From IMG/VR virus record IMGVR_UViG_3300047546_003009: a stretch of 23,626 nt of DNA, one strand, 5' to 3'. A model generated the notes under the pieces. That model was given only the letters and a program-made list of their open reading frames with translations, did not search any database and had not been told where the DNA came from. Of this stretch, positions 1-9,208 are shown piece after piece (position 1 is the stretch's first letter; the number at the start of each line of letters is the position of its first letter). The stretch comes from a virus (lineage: Duplodnaviria; Heunggongvirae; Uroviricota; Caudoviricetes). The translations under genes and the position numbers were made by a program.

Positions 1-802
1 AATCAAAAGTTCTAACCTCGGTCTTGAAAGCCCCCGACTGATATTTGTGAACAGTATCTGTTCTATTAGTCACACTATAGTTTATAATGTTTCTAAAAAC
101 CTTGTCTTCTAGTCCCGAAACTTGAGCAATTGGAGAATATCGATAAACCCTGACACCGCCCATTGAATCACGCTTCAGACCGTCATCTATCAGCTTCTCA
201 ACTGTTACAAAATTAAAACCAAGTTGATTTTCAAAGAAAACAAACGAGCTACTAGGATACGTTTGACTAACTGCTTTTCGACGTAAGAAGTCAATACCTT
301 GAAATGGTGTTATATTTGAAGGGAACACATACGTGTCAAAACCTTTACAAGCTTCAGTAAAAATGCTTTTATTTGTTTTAATAATATTTTTCATTATCTG
401 GTTAACAGATGAATCAACTGTACCAGATATTGCAATATCAATACCCTTTCTTGCATTAAGCAAGCTTTCATCACTTACGCAGCGTAAAACATAGGTTTTG
501 TTTGTAAGATCACGGGCCACAATTTCATTATCAACTTCAAAAACTTTAAACCTAAAAGTAGAGGGTGGTAGACTTGGCGTACTAAACACCATTGTTACAA
601 CTTCTTCACCTACAATAGGAAGATTTTTAATTAGGTTAACATCATCCTTCATTAAAATATCACATATCATTGTTGGAGAACCTATGTCCTCGTAAATATC
701 AATGTGAATAATAAAAGGCAGTAAGTTTATCTCCACGTCTTGTCGTGGTGATTGTATAGTGAATAATACCCCGTTTAAATCACCTGGTTTAAAATTTTTC
801 AT
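1..802 (-). CDS. T4-like baseplate hub / tail protein (gp27-like), partial, runs off the left edge
   Basis: Not in the ORF track. Manual translation from ATG at 802, which overlaps the gp53 stop (ATGA), gives MKNFKPGDLNGVLFTIQ...IDIYEDIGSPTM...LPIVGEE...FVFFENQLGFNF... These motifs and the position after gp53 fit T4-like hub proteins. Confidence 0.65.
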   Translation of the reverse strand, partial: MKNFKPGDLNGVLFTIQSPRQDVEINLLPFIIHIDIYEDIGSPTMICDILMKDDVNLIKNLPIVGEEVVTMVFSTPSLPPSTFRFKVFEVDNEIVARDLTNKTYVLRCVSDESLLNARKGIDIAISGTVDSSVNQIMKNIIKTNKSIFTEACKGFDTYVFPSNITPFQGIDFLRRKAVSQTYPSSSFVFFENQLGFNFVTVEKLIDDGLKRDSMGGVRVYRYSPIAQVSGLEDKVFRNIINYSVTNRTDTVHKYQSGAFKTEVRTFD

Positions 803-1656
803 ACGCTAAGCTGTTTTAATCTTTGTTCAATAGTATCTACATACTTTGCATCTATAATATTGATTGTTTTTTTAGCTTCGTTTTGTATCTCTTCGTAATC
901 GTAAGCTGTTACTGGTGACCAGTATACTGCCTCTTGCTCTGTTATTACTGTAAGAAGAGTACTCACTGACGTAATAGTTGCCGTTGTGTCGCCACTATAG
1001 TTTTGAATAGTCTGGCCAACAACAAACTCACCATCTATCTTGTCAAGAGTTAATGAACTGCTGTCTTGTGTTTTTAGAAAGCCGGATGCTGTCGTAGTTC
1101 CCGCTGCGACTTGCAAAATCTTATCGCTTCCACTAAATGATGTGCCTGTTGTAATCGTGTAACCTACAGAAATTATTTTATTTGTTTCAACAGAAAGACC
1201 CAGTGGATTTCTTACATAAGAAGATACCCCACCAAAATAATCATAAACCTCAGACCAATATTTTTTTAACGATGCTGGTAAAGCATTATACCCCGGAACT
1301 GTTAACGATGTTTCATCATTTTCCCAGTTGACAGTGTAAAAAAGAATTTTTTCTTGAGCATATTCTACAGAACCGTACTTGTCAACAAGATACCCAGCAA
1401 ACTCGCTGTATGAAAGTGGCCAGTCATAATACGGATCAACAATATCATTAGCAAGATATATCAGCCATGCGTATTCAGGACTACCGTAATATGCATTAGC
1501 AATAGTATCGGGCCTATCTCCATCCTTTATGACATACGGATGATACGTGTATGGATTTTGTCCTTGTGTAGCCACCAACTTGAGCTTACTAAACACATTG
1601 GTAGCAATTGCACCACTATGTGTTATAGGAGGTGCATATGATAGAAACTTTGACAT
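799..1656 (-). CDS. gp53: baseplate wedge protein gp53 (LysM-like N-terminus)
   Basis: Motifs YVIKDGDRPDTIANAYYGSPEYAWLIYLANDIVDPYYDWPL and C-terminal YDYEEIQNEAKKTINII. Confidence 0.88.
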   Translation of the reverse strand: MSKFLSYAPPITHSGAIATNVFSKLKLVATQGQNPYTYHPYVIKDGDRPDTIANAYYGSPEYAWLIYLANDIVDPYYDWPLSYSEFAGYLVDKYGSVEYAQEKILFYTVNWENDETSLTVPGYNALPASLKKYWSEVYDYFGGVSSYVRNPLGLSVETNKIISVGYTITTGTSFSGSDKILQVAAGTTTASGFLKTQDSSSLTLDKIDGEFVVGQTIQNYSGDTTATITSVSTLLTVITEQEAVYWSPVTAYDYEEIQNEAKKTINIIDAKYVDTIEQRLKQLSV

Positions 1657-1680
1657 CTATTATTAACTCCAGTCTACATG

Positions 1681-3129
1681 CTACCAGGTGCCGGTAGCTC
1701 CTATTGGTCTATTTGCATCACGTGTTGTAGTAGCACTGCTTCGTTGTGCAGCAGCTGCTCGTATTTTTTCACCCTGGCGCGCAAGGTTTGGATTAACTGT
1801 GACGGCACCACCACCAGTTACGTTAGCTGGTCTAGGTGTAATCGTTTCCCACCGTTTTAATTCTCTTTTATCATCTGCTTCTGTTGGTGATTTAATTTGT
1901 TTTTTTATACTGTTACTATTATTACCAGGTGGTTGTGTTGGCTGTGCTGCAGGTTGTTCATTGTTTAGTGGAAACTCGTTTAAATCCTTATCAACATCGT
2001 TTCTTGTTAGTATCTCATATTCAATGACTGAAATAGCCATGTCGATAACTGCTGGATGTTTTGCGTCGTCATTAAAAAATAGTGGACCTTCGGGACCATA
2101 GTTTATAGCGACTGACTGGACAAAACATTTTTTAAATGGAAACACACTTTTACCTAAAGGCGATATTTCTATACTAACCTCATCGGGATACCCTAAAATT
2201 AAACCAGGTGAAGGTCCACCAAGCGATGGTAAGCTTCTTGCTTTAATCTGCTGTATAATTTTTCTAAGCTGCTGGGATTCTGCTTCGGACTTTGGTGCAA
2301 ATCTAAAGCTGAAATTGAACGATCTTAAATTTACTGTTTCAAAAGCTTGTGATTCGTTAGGATTGACAACCGCACCAATTGCTCTTTCAGCAGCGTATGG
2401 AATATTTTGATTCACAGACATTGCTGGACGGATTACGTACTGATACAGTATGGCAGCCATCTGATCTCTAGCAAAACCACGATTGATTATATCATTCATT
2501 GCTGTACGAGCTTCTGATGAAGATGAAGCAGTACGAATCTGATTGACCGCATCCATTGCACCACTTAAAGAAAGTCCAGCCATTGGACCATAACCAAACT
2601 TTCTATATTGCAAGTTAACTGTATCAACTAAATTAGTCGGAATTGGTAGAACCAATGTGTAGTTGTGAATAGCTCTTGTTTTACCAGCAAGCTCGCGCTT
2701 TTCAACTCTCTTAAAGCTAAACGTTATTGAAAAATCTTGATTCAAGTCTGGTGGGAAAACTTCAATATACGGATTCTCAGAGCTAGAATACTGACCAACA
2801 ACCTTCTGTGGATTTGACGTGTTGTTCACGTTATCTGACGTTTGTCGCTCGTTCAATGCCTGCTTAAAGCCTGAATCCTCTGTACCAACCTTACCTGACA
2901 GCATTTTTGTAAGGCCTTCGGTTTTTTCTACGCCAGTGCCAATAAGATTTTTAAGAACATTGTTTCCCTGTAGTAGCTGATCACTTGCAATTCCAGCAAT
3001 TGTCTGTGATCCTGAAGCAAAAGAACCAGTTGGTGCAAACTTGTTAATGCTCTGCAACAAATCTCTTGCAGTTTTGTCTGAAACAGTCTGACTGCTTGGA
3101 TTTGTGAAAAAACTTGGGTCTATTGCCAT
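1681..3129 (-). CDS. gp48: baseplate tail-tube cap gp48-like
   Basis: Motifs LPIPTNLVD, VNPNESQAFETVNLRSFNFSFRFAPKSEAESQ, YPDEV and FKKCFVQSVAINYGP; adjacent to gp53. Confidence 0.82.
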   Translation of the reverse strand: MAIDPSFFTNPSSQTVSDKTARDLLQSINKFAPTGSFASGSQTIAGIASDQLLQGNNVLKNLIGTGVEKTEGLTKMLSGKVGTEDSGFKQALNERQTSDNVNNTSNPQKVVGQYSSSENPYIEVFPPDLNQDFSITFSFKRVEKRELAGKTRAIHNYTLVLPIPTNLVDTVNLQYRKFGYGPMAGLSLSGAMDAVNQIRTASSSSEARTAMNDIINRGFARDQMAAILYQYVIRPAMSVNQNIPYAAERAIGAVVNPNESQAFETVNLRSFNFSFRFAPKSEAESQQLRKIIQQIKARSLPSLGGPSPGLILGYPDEVSIEISPLGKSVFPFKKCFVQSVAINYGPEGPLFFNDDAKHPAVIDMAISVIEYEILTRNDVDKDLNEFPLNNEQPAAQPTQPPGNNSNSIKKQIKSPTEADDKRELKRWETITPRPANVTGGGAVTVNPNLARQGEKIRAAAAQRSSATTTRDANRPIGATGTW

Positions 3130-3136
3130 CTAAATA
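3129..3136 (+). promoter_or_regulatory. T4-type late promoter variant (TCTAAATA) for the gp4-gp2-gp54 operon
   Basis: One mismatch to TATAAATA, 6 nt upstream of the gp4 ATG. Confidence 0.5.
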
Positions 3137-3142
3137 ACTCCT

Positions 3143-3592
3143 ATGAGCAGCCGCAACTACGTTAAAGGCCACTTTAAGCCTAAAAATCCTGGTAAATACA
3201 AAGGGGATCCCACGTCGATTATTTATAGGTCTTCATGGGAGTGTCGGTTTATGTCTTATTTAGACAGCCATCCTGACGTCATATCGTGGGCAAGCGAGGA
3301 GTTTTCAATCCCTTATGTTTCACCACTCGACAATAGAATTCACAGGTATTTTCCAGACTTCTGGGTTAAAATGAAAACACGTGATGGTAAAATCACGACC
3401 GTTGTTATTGAAATAAAACCCCACCACCAAACGATTGAACCCAAAGCACAGAAAAGCAAGTCAAAGAAATATGTTCGGGAAGTTGCAACGTGGGGAATAA
3501 ATAGTGCTAAGTGGAAGGCAGCCAAAGACTTTTGCGCCGATAGAAAGTGGGACTTTAAAATCCTCAACGAGCACGACCTAGGCCTAAAATGA
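3143..3592 (+). CDS. gp4: head completion nuclease gp4 (TnsA-like endonuclease fold)
   Basis: Motifs KPKNPGKYKGDPTSIIYRSSWE, WASEE, HRYFPDF, EIKP and NSAKWKAA. Confidence 0.92.
   Translation: MSSRNYVKGHFKPKNPGKYKGDPTSIIYRSSWECRFMSYLDSHPDVISWASEEFSIPYVSPLDNRIHRYFPDFWVKMKTRDGKITTVVIEIKPHHQTIEPKAQKSKSKKYVREVATWGINSAKWKAAKDFCADRKWDFKILNEHDLGLK
3220..3227 (-). promoter_or_regulatory. T4 late promoter TATAAATA inside gp4, oriented toward gp48
   Basis: Exact consensus on the minus strand about 90 nt upstream of the gp48 start. Confidence 0.55.
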
Positions 3593-4170
3593 TTCTCTTT
3601 CAGAACATTCTCGATGAAGCCGCAGCAAAGGGCATTATTGTAAGTAGAAATAGTAGCTCACAAGCTTGGTTTCGAAACCAAGCCGCAAAAACAACCATAC
3701 AACCAACAACACTGGTCACAGATGAGCGCGCACAGCGAAATATTGAACCCGGCTCGTTAATACTTTTTAAATATAGTGCAACCCACACGCTGCCTTACTA
3801 CGACGCCTTTCCTCTGATTTTCTATCTCAGTGGTGATTTAAAAGGTTTCGTAGGTATGAATATGCATTATATAAACTATAGGCAACGTGCTGTTTTAATG
3901 GATAATTTGTATAGCCTTGCCGATGATAAAACCATTAATGACAGTACACGAATTTATCTAAGTTACCAAATTCTAAACAAATACAACAAGTTCAAATACT
4001 TTAAACCGTGTGTAAAAAGGTATCTATATAAGAATGTGAAGTCCCGTTTCCTACACCTAAAACCCACAGAATGGGAGTTAGCTCTGTTTATGCCACTTGA
4101 GCGATTTGTAGGAGCGTCCAAAGAAAAAGTTTGGGACGATAGCAACGTAAAGATCAATAAAGGATTGTAA
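3589..4170 (+). CDS. gp2: DNA end protector protein gp2
   Basis: Motifs LPYYDAFPLI, GMNMHY, FKPCVKRYL and WELALFMPLERF; follows gp4. Confidence 0.9.
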   Translation: MILFQNILDEAAAKGIIVSRNSSSQAWFRNQAAKTTIQPTTLVTDERAQRNIEPGSLILFKYSATHTLPYYDAFPLIFYLSGDLKGFVGMNMHYINYRQRAVLMDNLYSLADDKTINDSTRIYLSYQILNKYNKFKYFKPCVKRYLYKNVKSRFLHLKPTEWELALFMPLERFVGASKEKVWDDSNVKINKGL

Positions 4171-5022
4171 ATGGCTAATTTTGCCACAAAAGCTACAACT
4201 GCCATTGGAATAGGCGCGACAATTAAATCTCTAATCAGTGGACAGTCGCAGCCTACGGGAAGTATAAGAGATTTTACAGCGTTGGTAAGAAATGATAGCC
4301 TTGCTCCAACAAACAGGTTTCTTGTCGAGTTTACGCTACCAAATCTTTCTAATTTAAACGCTCGCACAAAAAGCAACACAGAGATGGCTCGCTACCTTCA
4401 ACTTCTGTGCCACGGCACAGTGTTTCCTGGCGTGAGTTTAACAACAGTACCTTTTAAAAGATACGGTGTGGGTATGACTGAAAACATTGTTACTGGTGCT
4501 ACTGTTGGAAATCTACCTCTCACTCTTTACTGCGATGGAACTGGAACCATACAAACTTTCTTCTATCAGTGGATAGACCAAATATATGGTTTTTCTGGCA
4601 AGCCACAAAATCATGTTTCATCATCAAAATATCCTCACACAGTGGAATACAAATCCTCTTATCAAGTTGACATGAAAGTTACAATGTATAATGAAAGAGA
4701 GGATAAGATAATTACGTGTAAACTTATCGAAGCATTTCCAACATCAATTGGGGATATTAATCTTGATTGGGGTGGAACCAATGAGATTGTCAATCTTCCT
4801 ATTGTATTTTCATATACAAGCTGGGTGTATGAAAACTATGCTGTGAAAACATCATCGAGTCGCGACGTAAGAGAGTTGAATGTTTTTGAAAGAGCAGCAA
4901 AATTGGCCTCTCAAGCGCAGGTTATTTCAGCACTTAAAAAACCAAGAAACATCAGCGATATTATTAGCATTACAAATAACGCTAAAATTCTTATCAATGA
5001 CTATTATCCTGGAAGTATTTAA
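4171..5022 (+). CDS. gp54: tail tube initiator / tube-fold baseplate protein (gp54-like)
   Basis: Tube-fold motifs NRFLVEF, FFYQWIDQI, EAFPTSIGDINLDWG and FSYTSW; lies between gp2 and gp26. Confidence 0.7.
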   Translation: MANFATKATTAIGIGATIKSLISGQSQPTGSIRDFTALVRNDSLAPTNRFLVEFTLPNLSNLNARTKSNTEMARYLQLLCHGTVFPGVSLTTVPFKRYGVGMTENIVTGATVGNLPLTLYCDGTGTIQTFFYQWIDQIYGFSGKPQNHVSSSKYPHTVEYKSSYQVDMKVTMYNEREDKIITCKLIEAFPTSIGDINLDWGGTNEIVNLPIVFSYTSWVYENYAVKTSSSRDVRELNVFERAAKLASQAQVISALKKPRNISDIISITNNAKILINDYYPGSI

Positions 5023-5038
5023 CTTAGTGGAGTAAATT

Positions 5039-5746
5039 ATGGCACTACCAAAAATAATGTATCCAACGTTTCATCTGACAATCCCTTCAACAAACAAGCA
5101 AGTAAAATTTAGACCCTTTCTTGTTAAAGAAGAAAAGATTTTATTAACGGCTCAAACAAGTGGTGATAAGACAGATATAATTAACTGCCTCGTGCAGATT
5201 ATTAACAATTGTGCTGTAGAGGAGTTAGACGCATCTCAACTTGCAACTTTTGATTTAGAGTATCTTTTTATTAAACTGAGAGCACGCTCCGTAAACAATA
5301 TCATTGAAATAACATATCAGGATGAGGACGACGGCAACCAATACAAAGTTGAAGTGAACCTCGATGATGTTGAGGTTAAGTTTGATCCAGAGCATAAAAA
5401 CAAAATTGATATTAATGATACCATGCACGTTATTATGCGCTATCCAAAACCCGATATGGTGTCGGTCGTTAGTGGTGCAGAAAATGAAGCTGAGGCATAT
5501 TTTAAAATTCTAACATATTGCATGCATTACATTGTTGATGGTAATCAAGTGTATCAAACAGATGACTCGACGATGGAGGAACGAGAAGAGTTTCTTGGTG
5601 ATTTGGATATTAACGCTTTCAACCAAGTAGAAAAATTTGTACAAACCCTACCAAAAGTAACTCATGAGGTTTCCTACACAAATAGCCAGGGCAAGGTTAA
5701 AAATATTAAACTAGAGGGTCTTGAAGATTTTTTTACCTTTCGCTGA
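5039..5746 (+). CDS. gp26: baseplate hub assembly protein gp26-like
   Basis: Motifs MALPKI, FRPFLVKEEKILL, FDLEYLFIKLRARSV and C-terminal LEGLEDFF. Confidence 0.88.
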   Translation: MALPKIMYPTFHLTIPSTNKQVKFRPFLVKEEKILLTAQTSGDKTDIINCLVQIINNCAVEELDASQLATFDLEYLFIKLRARSVNNIIEITYQDEDDGNQYKVEVNLDDVEVKFDPEHKNKIDINDTMHVIMRYPKPDMVSVVSGAENEAEAYFKILTYCMHYIVDGNQVYQTDDSTMEEREEFLGDLDINAFNQVEKFVQTLPKVTHEVSYTNSQGKVKNIKLEGLEDFFTFR

Positions 5747-5907
5747 GCTATAATTCACTAAATAATTATTATCAAACAGTTTTTGCTCTAGCTCAGCACC
5801 ACAAATGGTCCATAAGTGAAATTGAAAATTTAATGCCATATGAAAGAGACATATATGTTGAAATGCTAGAAACGCTTTTAGAAAAGAATAAACAAGGGAA
5901 AGTTTAA
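5728..5907 (+). CDS. gp51: gp51-like hub assembly domain, probably expressed as a -1 frameshift extension of gp26
   Basis: Not in the ORF track. The -1 frame reads FFYLSLSYNSLNNYYQTVFALAQHHKWSISEIENLMPYERDIYVEMLETLLEKNKQGKV*. No ATG precedes the conserved part, and the stop overlaps the next ATG (TAATG). Confidence 0.75.
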   Translation, partial: FFYLSLSYNSLNNYYQTVFALAQHHKWSISEIENLMPYERDIYVEMLETLLEKNKQGKV

Positions 5908-8204
5908 TGGCTGACATACTAACATCAACAGCTCGTGGTATAGGTAGAACTGCGGCTGATACATCTAAAATGGTTGCCGCTGCTGGTATGTCGCAGGCAA
6001 AAGCTATAACACAGTTTTATAAACAAGTACCCTTCTTTAGTAAAGTAATAGAAAACACAGCGAAAGACTACAAGAAATCTACACAACTTCAAACTAAAGC
6101 GCTTAGTACAAACACAAGCGCAATAAACACCTTAAATAAAAATCTTTCGCTCTTTTCAAAAAACATATCTTCAAAGGTTCAATACTCGAGTGGAACGGGT
6201 GCCTCGACAGATGAACGAGTTTTTAACAAGGTTGAAAAAGCAGCAGTTGTTGGTCTTCTTACAGCAGCTTTCGCTAATGATAAGATTCGAGGAAGCTTAA
6301 TTGGTCTAACAGAATCAATATACAAAACAACAGTACGCACGTTTCTCGGTGAAGAAAAATATAATGAACTTGCTGGTGGGATCACTAAAGAATTTACTAA
6401 TGTTCTTAAGCTAGCTGATGGTGTAGCTGACGGCATTAAAGAAGTAGCTAAGGTGCTAAAACCAGTTGCCGATGTTTTCCTTTCTGCAACAAAAAGTCTT
6501 GGAAGTGTGTTAGGTTTTGAAACCGAGTATGGTAAGTTGATTGGCGGTGCAATTGCTGGCCGAATAGCCATGAAAGGAATATTCTGGGGTGCTGATAAAC
6601 TTGCCAATCGTGCTATGGCAAAATCAGGCACATCAGCTGGTGTTGGGAACGCACTTAATAATCTATCTCTCAATGCAGCTAATGTTTACATCAACACTAA
6701 AAATATCGCTAATAGTGTAGGGGCTGGTCAAACAGGACCAGCAAGGAAGGGCGCACCAGGACGCGGAAGACCAAACTTTAATGCTGGTGGAGCAGGTATC
6801 TTTGGCACTTTATCAGCAATAGCACTTGGTGTCGGTGCAGGTAGTGTGATGGGAGGTGGTTTTGGGGGAGATGGTGGCGACGCGTTTGATGGTTCATCTA
6901 TCCTACCTGGTGTTGTTGGTGGACTGGGCGTATTAGCTCTCCCAAAATTAATTGAAATGGCTGCTCAACGTCGCATGAGAGCTTTACCAGAAGTTAAACC
7001 TCTTTATCTTGACACAGAAAAGAAAAAAGGATTTGCTGAACTTTCCAGAGTTGAAAAAAACATGCAAGCCAGCCAACAGTTTAAGGCTGAAAAAGAAGCC
7101 CGCCGCAATGTGTTGAGACAAAACCTAGCAACAGAGAAAATTGCCAAGCGGGCAATTAAAGTTGTTAGGAGCGGAGGTGTAGTTGGTGTCCTTATTGAAG
7201 GTTATAGTTATGCAATGGATAGAAAAGAACTCGATGAGAAGCTAGAGGCAGGAGAGATTGATCAAGACACCTATAACGAAGCAGTTAAAAAACTAAACTA
7301 TGAAACAACAGGTGGTGTAGTAGGTGGTGTTTTAGGAGCTGCAGCAGCTGGTGCTCTTGCTGGTTCCATTATTCCTGGCTTTGGAACTGCTGCCGGCATA
7401 ATTGGTGGTATTGCTGGTTATTATGCTGGTCGTAAAACAGGAGGTGCAATAGCTTCGAAGCCATCGCTGGGTGGAACATCATCTAACATTGCTGCAATAG
7501 CAACACCTAAAAATTACAGTAATGCAGCAAAATATGCATATGATTACCTACAACGACAGGGCCTATCATCAGCCGACGCTGCAGCAATTGTTGGTAATTT
7601 AATTCAAGAATCCGGCGTTAATCCAAACGCCTATAATGCTAAAGAAGGTGCTCACGGAATTGCGCAGTGGAGAAACGAGCGTTTTGTAGCCTTGCAAAAA
7701 TTTGCTGCTAGTCAAGGCAAGCCATGGACCGACCTCGATGTCCAGCTTGATTTCATTCTTCACGAACTTAGCACAACACAAAAACGTGCATGGAATGCAA
7801 TGCAAAATGCTACGTCTATATCAGATAAGGCAGCTATATTTGATAGTAAGTATGAACGATCTAATGGAAGGGACGTTAACAAACGAATAGGATACGCACT
7901 TGGAATAGCTGGTGCTGATTCGGGTACAGCAAGCGCTGGATCAAACATCGTTCCATCAACACCATCGACAAGAAACATTAATGAACCGGTTGACCAAGTG
8001 GAACAAGCTCTCGCAAAGATGATGACATCGCCAATGTGGAAAGGATTAACACTTGGCCAAGAGCTGATGCCATCACAAACATCCACTATACCACCTCAAC
8101 AAGCGGGTATGACAGAGTACAACCCGATCCCTTCACCAATATCTACAAGATACGCCGCTCTGGTAGCAAAAGAGCAATACCCATTCCAAGTAGGTGCAGC
8201 ATAA
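5907..8204 (+). CDS. tape-measure-like tail protein with C-terminal phage-tail lysozyme domain
   Basis: Ala/Gly-rich helical body with glycine-zipper segments. Lysozyme-like motif AAAIVGNLIQESGVNPNA...GAHGIAQW...DLDVQLDFILHEL...YER. Follows gp26/gp51. Confidence 0.7.
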   Translation: MADILTSTARGIGRTAADTSKMVAAAGMSQAKAITQFYKQVPFFSKVIENTAKDYKKSTQLQTKALSTNTSAINTLNKNLSLFSKNISSKVQYSSGTGASTDERVFNKVEKAAVVGLLTAAFANDKIRGSLIGLTESIYKTTVRTFLGEEKYNELAGGITKEFTNVLKLADGVADGIKEVAKVLKPVADVFLSATKSLGSVLGFETEYGKLIGGAIAGRIAMKGIFWGADKLANRAMAKSGTSAGVGNALNNLSLNAANVYINTKNIANSVGAGQTGPARKGAPGRGRPNFNAGGAGIFGTLSAIALGVGAGSVMGGGFGGDGGDAFDGSSILPGVVGGLGVLALPKLIEMAAQRRMRALPEVKPLYLDTEKKKGFAELSRVEKNMQASQQFKAEKEARRNVLRQNLATEKIAKRAIKVVRSGGVVGVLIEGYSYAMDRKELDEKLEAGEIDQDTYNEAVKKLNYETTGGVVGGVLGAAAAGALAGSIIPGFGTAAGIIGGIAGYYAGRKTGGAIASKPSLGGTSSNIAAIATPKNYSNAAKYAYDYLQRQGLSSADAAAIVGNLIQESGVNPNAYNAKEGAHGIAQWRNERFVALQKFAASQGKPWTDLDVQLDFILHELSTTQKRAWNAMQNATSISDKAAIFDSKYERSNGRDVNKRIGYALGIAGADSGTASAGSNIVPSTPSTRNINEPVDQVEQALAKMMTSPMWKGLTLGQELMPSQTSTIPPQQAGMTEYNPIPSPISTRYAALVAKEQYPFQVGAA

Positions 8205-8205
8205 G

Positions 8206-8233
8206 AAAAGGGGCCTTTCGGCCCCTTTGTTTT
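8206..8233. terminator. bidirectional rho-independent terminator
   Basis: AAAGGGGCC-TTTC-GGCCCCTTT stem with A/T flanks between two convergent genes. Confidence 0.88.
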
Positions 8234-9131
8234 ATTCCTCTTCTCGTGCTAGCTTCTTGAAGAAATCAATTCCTTCATCATCGTCCTCATCATCATCCTG
8301 CTGAACAGGTTGTTGTTTAGCAGGTTTGGCTTTCTGCTTTGGAGGTTCAACTTCCTCCGTAACAGTCTGGGGACGAGGAGAACTTCCATCAAGACCAAGA
8401 ATCTTGTAAAGACGAGCTTTGAGGTCATCGTAGCTCTTAAAGTTCTTAGGATCGATAAACTCTTGAAGAGAGTGTTCACCTTTCCAAATAGCTTCAAGTT
8501 CACTATCATCATCAAGCAGAGGGGCAGGCTCCTCAAATTCTGATTTATCGTAGTTACGATAACCCTCAACATTACGAATCTTAAGCTTGAAGTTTGCACC
8601 TTCCCAAAGATCGAAAGGATTAATTGAGGCCTCATCCTCAAACTCAGGATTCATAGCAGCATTGAGTTTATCCCAAATCTTCTTACCATACTGATAAAGG
8701 AAAACCTTCCCTTCATTTTCAGGATGTGCAGAATCTTTGACAACGTAAATATTTGAGATGAAATACAAGCGACGCTTCTGCTTACGAACGATAGCTTGGT
8801 TCTCTTTTGTTCCAGTAGCCCACAGTTGGGAATTATATTCCGAAACAGGATCCTTCTGACCGAGAGTGGTCAGAGACTTTTCGATATACCAACCATTCGG
8901 ACCTTGGAATCCATGATCCCAAACACGAACAAAAGGAACGTCTTCCTTAGGAGGAGCAGGAAGGAAGCGAATAACAGCAAAACCATTACCAGCTTTATCA
9001 ACCTCGGGTTTCCAAAAACGATTGTCTTCTTGGCTACCTTGCTTAGGTTGCTCGAGCTTGGTCAGCTCGGTAGTGAGTTTTTCAAACTGGCTTTTACGGT
9101 TTTTCTTGAGAGCAGCAAAATCTACAGACAT
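8232..9131 (-). CDS. gp32: single-stranded DNA-binding protein gp32
   Basis: Motifs DNRFWKP, GNGFAVIRFLP, HGFQGPNGWYIE, NPFDLWEGANFKLK, NYDKSEF and an acidic tail. Confidence 0.96.
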   Translation of the reverse strand: MSVDFAALKKNRKSQFEKLTTELTKLEQPKQGSQEDNRFWKPEVDKAGNGFAVIRFLPAPPKEDVPFVRVWDHGFQGPNGWYIEKSLTTLGQKDPVSEYNSQLWATGTKENQAIVRKQKRRLYFISNIYVVKDSAHPENEGKVFLYQYGKKIWDKLNAAMNPEFEDEASINPFDLWEGANFKLKIRNVEGYRNYDKSEFEEPAPLLDDDSELEAIWKGEHSLQEFIDPKNFKSYDDLKARLYKILGLDGSSPRPQTVTEEVEPPKQKAKPAKQQPVQQDDDEDDDEGIDFFKKLAREEE

Positions 9132-9200
9132 ATAAAACTCCTTGTATAAACGATGTATAAAAGTATGTTAGCTTGTTCACATTATGCATAACCACATGCA

Positions 9201-9208
9201 TATTTATA
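9201..9208 (-). promoter_or_regulatory. T4 late promoter TATAAATA upstream of gp32
   Basis: Exact consensus immediately after the gp59 stop, 70 nt upstream of the gp32 ATG. Confidence 0.7.

Noticed and set aside
3143-3592. TnsA transposase or homing endonuclease
   Set aside because: Its motifs and position beside gp2 identify it as head-completion gp4.
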